Origin: Nemertoderma westbladi
Taxonomy: Eukaryota > Animalia > Xenacoelomorpha
Assembly (NCBI GenBank): GCA_032718475.1
Contig: JAUCBJ010002497.1
Span: 67,997 to 131,996 of the forward strand
Length of the DNA stretch: 64,000 bases
Direction of reading: 5' to 3'
Shown here: positions 60,394 through 64,000 of the stretch, piece by piece
Layout: each line of letters starts with the position of its first letter
Position numbering within the stretch: the stretch's first letter is position 1
Made by a program: the position numbers and the translations under genes
The notes under the pieces: model-generated
Database searches by the model: none
The model's input: only the letters and a program-made list of their open reading frames with translations
Told to the model about the DNA's origin: nothing

Positions 60394-62605
60394 TAGCAGA
60401 ACAACGAAATCTGCCTTGCCGCGGCATGACTGGTCCTCTCTGTTGCAACTGCCAAGTGCGAGATCCAGCTTCACACTACAGCTGAGCAACAGGTATGAGG
60501 CTCTTGCCTCTGAGGCGGCAGATCACTGTGAGGGCTATACTGCCTTTACAGAAGCAGTTAAGTTAGCAGCTGCAGAAACAGTTCCTGTATACCCTCGAAA
60601 CAGGAAAAGGGCCCCCTGGACTGACAACAAAATTCAGAAGTGCCGAAATGACCTTCATAAGGCGCAGAAAGAGTCCCGACTCAAACAGACTACAGCGGCC
60701 AAGAATGCAGTTAAGGCTGCATCTAGGTCCCTGAACAGGCAGTACTCTGCTAATCTACAGGAGCTAATAAATCAACAGGTTGATGCCATCAATGATGCTG
60801 ACGACAGCAGGCAATCATCCCAGGCATGGAAATCGATCAATCTGCTTACTGGGCGGAAAAGCCAACCAACCACCAAGGTTAAGGCTGAATCACCAGCCGA
60901 TCGCCTCAATGGTTGGAAAGCCCACTTTGAAAAGCTCCTCAATAATGACAGGGTATTGCCTGATAACTTTATAGAAGTAAAAGTGTCAGAGTCTGTACTC
61001 CCAGATATTCCCATTGGCGATATCTCCTTTGCAGAAGTGAAGGCTGCTGCAAAGAGCATTAAGATCAATCGTGCCAGTGTAGTAGATGGTGTTCCCCCTG
61101 AGGTCTTTAAAATACCTGAGTGTTTAAAGCTCATCTATCCCATCATAGTAGACATGTACCGAACAACAAGAGTCCCACAAGAAATGAAAACAAATAAGTT
61201 GGTGCCAGTTCCCAAGAAGGGCAACCTAACACTCTGGTTCTTTTCGGGGAATCTCATTGATCTCGATTGCTGCAAAGCTATACAATAGGATTCTATTAAA
61301 TCGCATCAGGGATCCCATTGAGAGACTGCTCCGTGGAAATCAGAATGGGTACCGTAAAGGTCGTGGGACCATGGAGCCCATTTTGGCACTTAGAAGGATA
61401 ATTGAAGAGTTATCAAAAAAGAAAGACCGGCATCTGGCTGTTATCTTTGTTGACTTCTTCAAGGCCTTTGATTCAGTCTCTCGCTCACGTATGTTCAGCA
61501 TACTTTCATTATATGGGATTCCTGATGAAATTATTGCAGCAATCAGATCAGTATACGATGGTTCGACAACATTTGTGTCTACTGTTGACGGTGACACAGA
61601 ACCATTTGAAGTGTTATGGGGCGTCCTCCAAGGAGACACACTTGCACCATTCTTGTTCATTATTGTGGTTGACTATGTTCTACGCATGTCCTTAGATCAT
61701 TATAATGATGATGGGGTGATGATAACTCCACCTACTGGCTCCAGAAGTCGAGGAAATCCTGCCAAGTACCTAACTGATCTAGACTTTGCTGATGACTTAG
61801 GAGTACTCTCAGAATCATTAGAGGGAGCCCAACGGCTCCTCAGCTCATTAGAACATGCTGCTTCTAGTGTTGGTCTTTTTATTAACTCCAGAAAGACCAA
61901 AATTCTGACAGTTAACTTTGAAAGTCCTCAGCAAGTCTCTGATCGGTTGAGCATAAGCTCAAAGGATGGTATGCTTGAGCATGTGGACGACTTCTGTTAC
62001 CTGGGATCATGGATCCGGAAGTCAGGTGAGGACCTTCGAATACGTAAGGGAAAGGCATGGGAAGCCTTGAATAGGCTTTCCAGGATTTGGAAGTTACCGA
62101 GAATTAATCGGAAACTTAAGGTCCGATTATTTAGAGCAGCAGTAGTTCCAGTACTCCTCTACGGGAGTCCATGCTGGGCTCTAACTGCTGAGGACACCAA
62201 ATCTCTGGATGGCACATTCACAAGAATGCTACGCCGGGTTCATTGTGTCAAGTACAATGCACACATCTCCAACCAGACACTATATAACATTGGAGGTGTC
62301 TCATTGGTTCCCCCAAGCTTGACACTAGAACAAAATCGCCTCCGCTTTGCAGGACATTGCTTTCGCCGTGAGGACCAGCCAGTGCATAATCTTGTACTTT
62401 GGCAGCCTCATGGAGTGAATAAGCATGGTGGACAGCCCATGACTTTCTTGAGACGCATCTTAAAGGACACTGGCCTTAAAGATGCGGATGATCTAGCAAA
62501 TGTCATGGGTGATAGGGAGTTGTGGCGGTGCAATTTTGTTGACAAGCCGGCACAGCATTCTTAAAAATGCAGCTGCAATGCAGCATGCCGATCCTAGTAG
62601 TAGTA
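60394..62605 (+). mobile_element. 5'-truncated RTE-type LINE (RT; one frameshift near 61240)
   Basis: LVPVPKKG, ISIAAKLYNRILLNRI, FVDFFKAFDSV, GVLQGDTLAPFLF, LDFADD, FCYLGS, RLRFAGH; (TAG)n tail; 11-bp TSD GTCACGTTGAC (60383-60393, 62606-62616). Confidence 0.93.
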
Positions 62606-63444
62606 GTCACGTTGACATCACGCTAGTCTTGAAGTATTTTAATGTTTGAATATAAGTGATTTTTATTACTTGAAGTACTGTAATTTATGTTATAAGATTA
62701 TATTATGCCTACAAAAATTGCTTTAATTCATAAATTGTCACTTTTTCGCACGAAATATCCCCCAAAATCGGGAGAAAACGTTTCACTTTTTGCCTAGGGG
62801 AAAAAAGAAACCCATAGGATAGTATTGATTTTACTTTTTTCCGGGACAAAAAAAGTAAAATAAAATATTTTTGGTGGAATTTATTTTATTATGTGTTCAA
62901 AGTTTGCACGTAATTGGAGCAAAATCCATTCACACACTCAAAAGTTATTTTTAAAATTTAGTGTTTTTTGGCAAATTTAGTGCCTGCAAGGCGAACTCCA
63001 AAACTGAACTCAATATTGGTTTATGTTGTTACCTAATAAATATTCGAGAACACTAAATTATTTAACGTTGAGTAAGGCAGCATCAGGAGTTGAAGAGTAC
63101 AATAATTGGAATCGCAGTAACTATGGAAGCAATATAGTAAAATACCTGAATACATCGCTCACTACACTACAACTACACTACATTGCTCATCTTTAAAGAA
63201 TTAAGCAACAAAAATGTACCAATTTAAGAATAAAATTACATATTCCATATTCTTTTTTTTCAGTATAAAAAAACGTTCTACTTATTTTCCCATGTACTAA
63301 ATAATTATTATTACCGAATTTTATGGGAACTTACCGGGCATAAGATTGTTCTATAGGCGCATAGACAGGCGAGGTATAAAGAACAGTACTGTATGCTATT
63401 CTTAGCGGCCGATCTACAGTTTTAATAGCAGTTTCCCATGGTTG

Positions 63445-64000
63445 TGTACAAAACACAGACCCAAGACCCCAGACCCCCCGGTACAAAACACAGACCCCCC
63501 AGGTACAAAACACAGACCCCCCCCAGGTACAAAATACAGACCACCCCAGGTACAAAACACAGACGCCCCCAGGTACAAAACACAGACCCCCCCCAGGTAC
63601 AAAACACAGACCCCCCCAGGTACAAAACACAGACCCCCCAGGTACAAAACACAGACCCCCCCAGGTACAAAACACAGACCCCCCCAGGTACAAAACACAG
63701 ACCCCCCCCAGGTACAAAACACAGACCCCCCCCCCCCCCAGGTACAAAACACAGACCCCCCCAGGTACAAAACACAGACCCCCCCAGGTACAAAACACAG
63801 ACCCCCCAGGTACAAAACACAGACCCCCCCAGGTACAAAACACAGACCCCCCCAGGTACAAAACACAGTCCCCCCAGGTACAAAACACAGAACCCCCCCC
63901 CCCCCCCCCCCCCAGGTACAAAACACAGACCCTAGACCCTCACAGAGGGGGGGGGGGGTCTGTGTTTTGTACCTGGGGGGACTGTGTTTTGTACCTGCCC
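63445..64000. repeat. Minisatellite CAGGTACAAAACACAGAC(C)n with an inversion at ~63935-63945
   Basis: About 20 direct units, then inverted units GTCTGTGTTTTGTACCTG to the window end. Confidence 0.92.

Noticed and set aside
63331-63935. Gly/Cys-rich or Pro-rich ORFs
   Set aside because: Translations of a minisatellite with variable poly-C runs.

Overview
AT-rich, repeat-dense animal (invertebrate-like) genomic window. The only host gene is an RSPRY1 orthologue on the minus strand (ATG at 1513, running off the left edge; missed by the ORF track). The rest is transposable elements, mostly one eight-level nested stack bounded largely by readable TSDs: CR1-type LINE > Academ-like TIR element > Rex1/L2-type LINE > BEL/Pao LTR element A (13871-57403, -) > BEL/Pao LTR element C (19133-52001, +) > BEL/Pao LTR element B (32161-46278, +) > hAT-type foldback (38710-41122) > Nin/Deu-type SINE. 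Main finding: none of the three LTR elements has a tRNA primer-binding site. In each, the 11-12 nt abutting the 5' LTR are perfectly complementary to a segment inside its own LTR. A and B show compensatory changes there and in several long-range LTR helices, which suggests a self-priming BEL/Pao lineage with a large structured LTR RNA. Element C also has TA...TA termini, a tRNA-like Pol III cassette in its LTR, a dispersed 20-nt hairpin motif (13-14 copies), and an extra ~1240-aa ORF (DEDDy-like 3'-5' exonuclease plus CCHC knuckles) that was split by B. All assignments were made by eye, without database searches; some boundaries are approximate.
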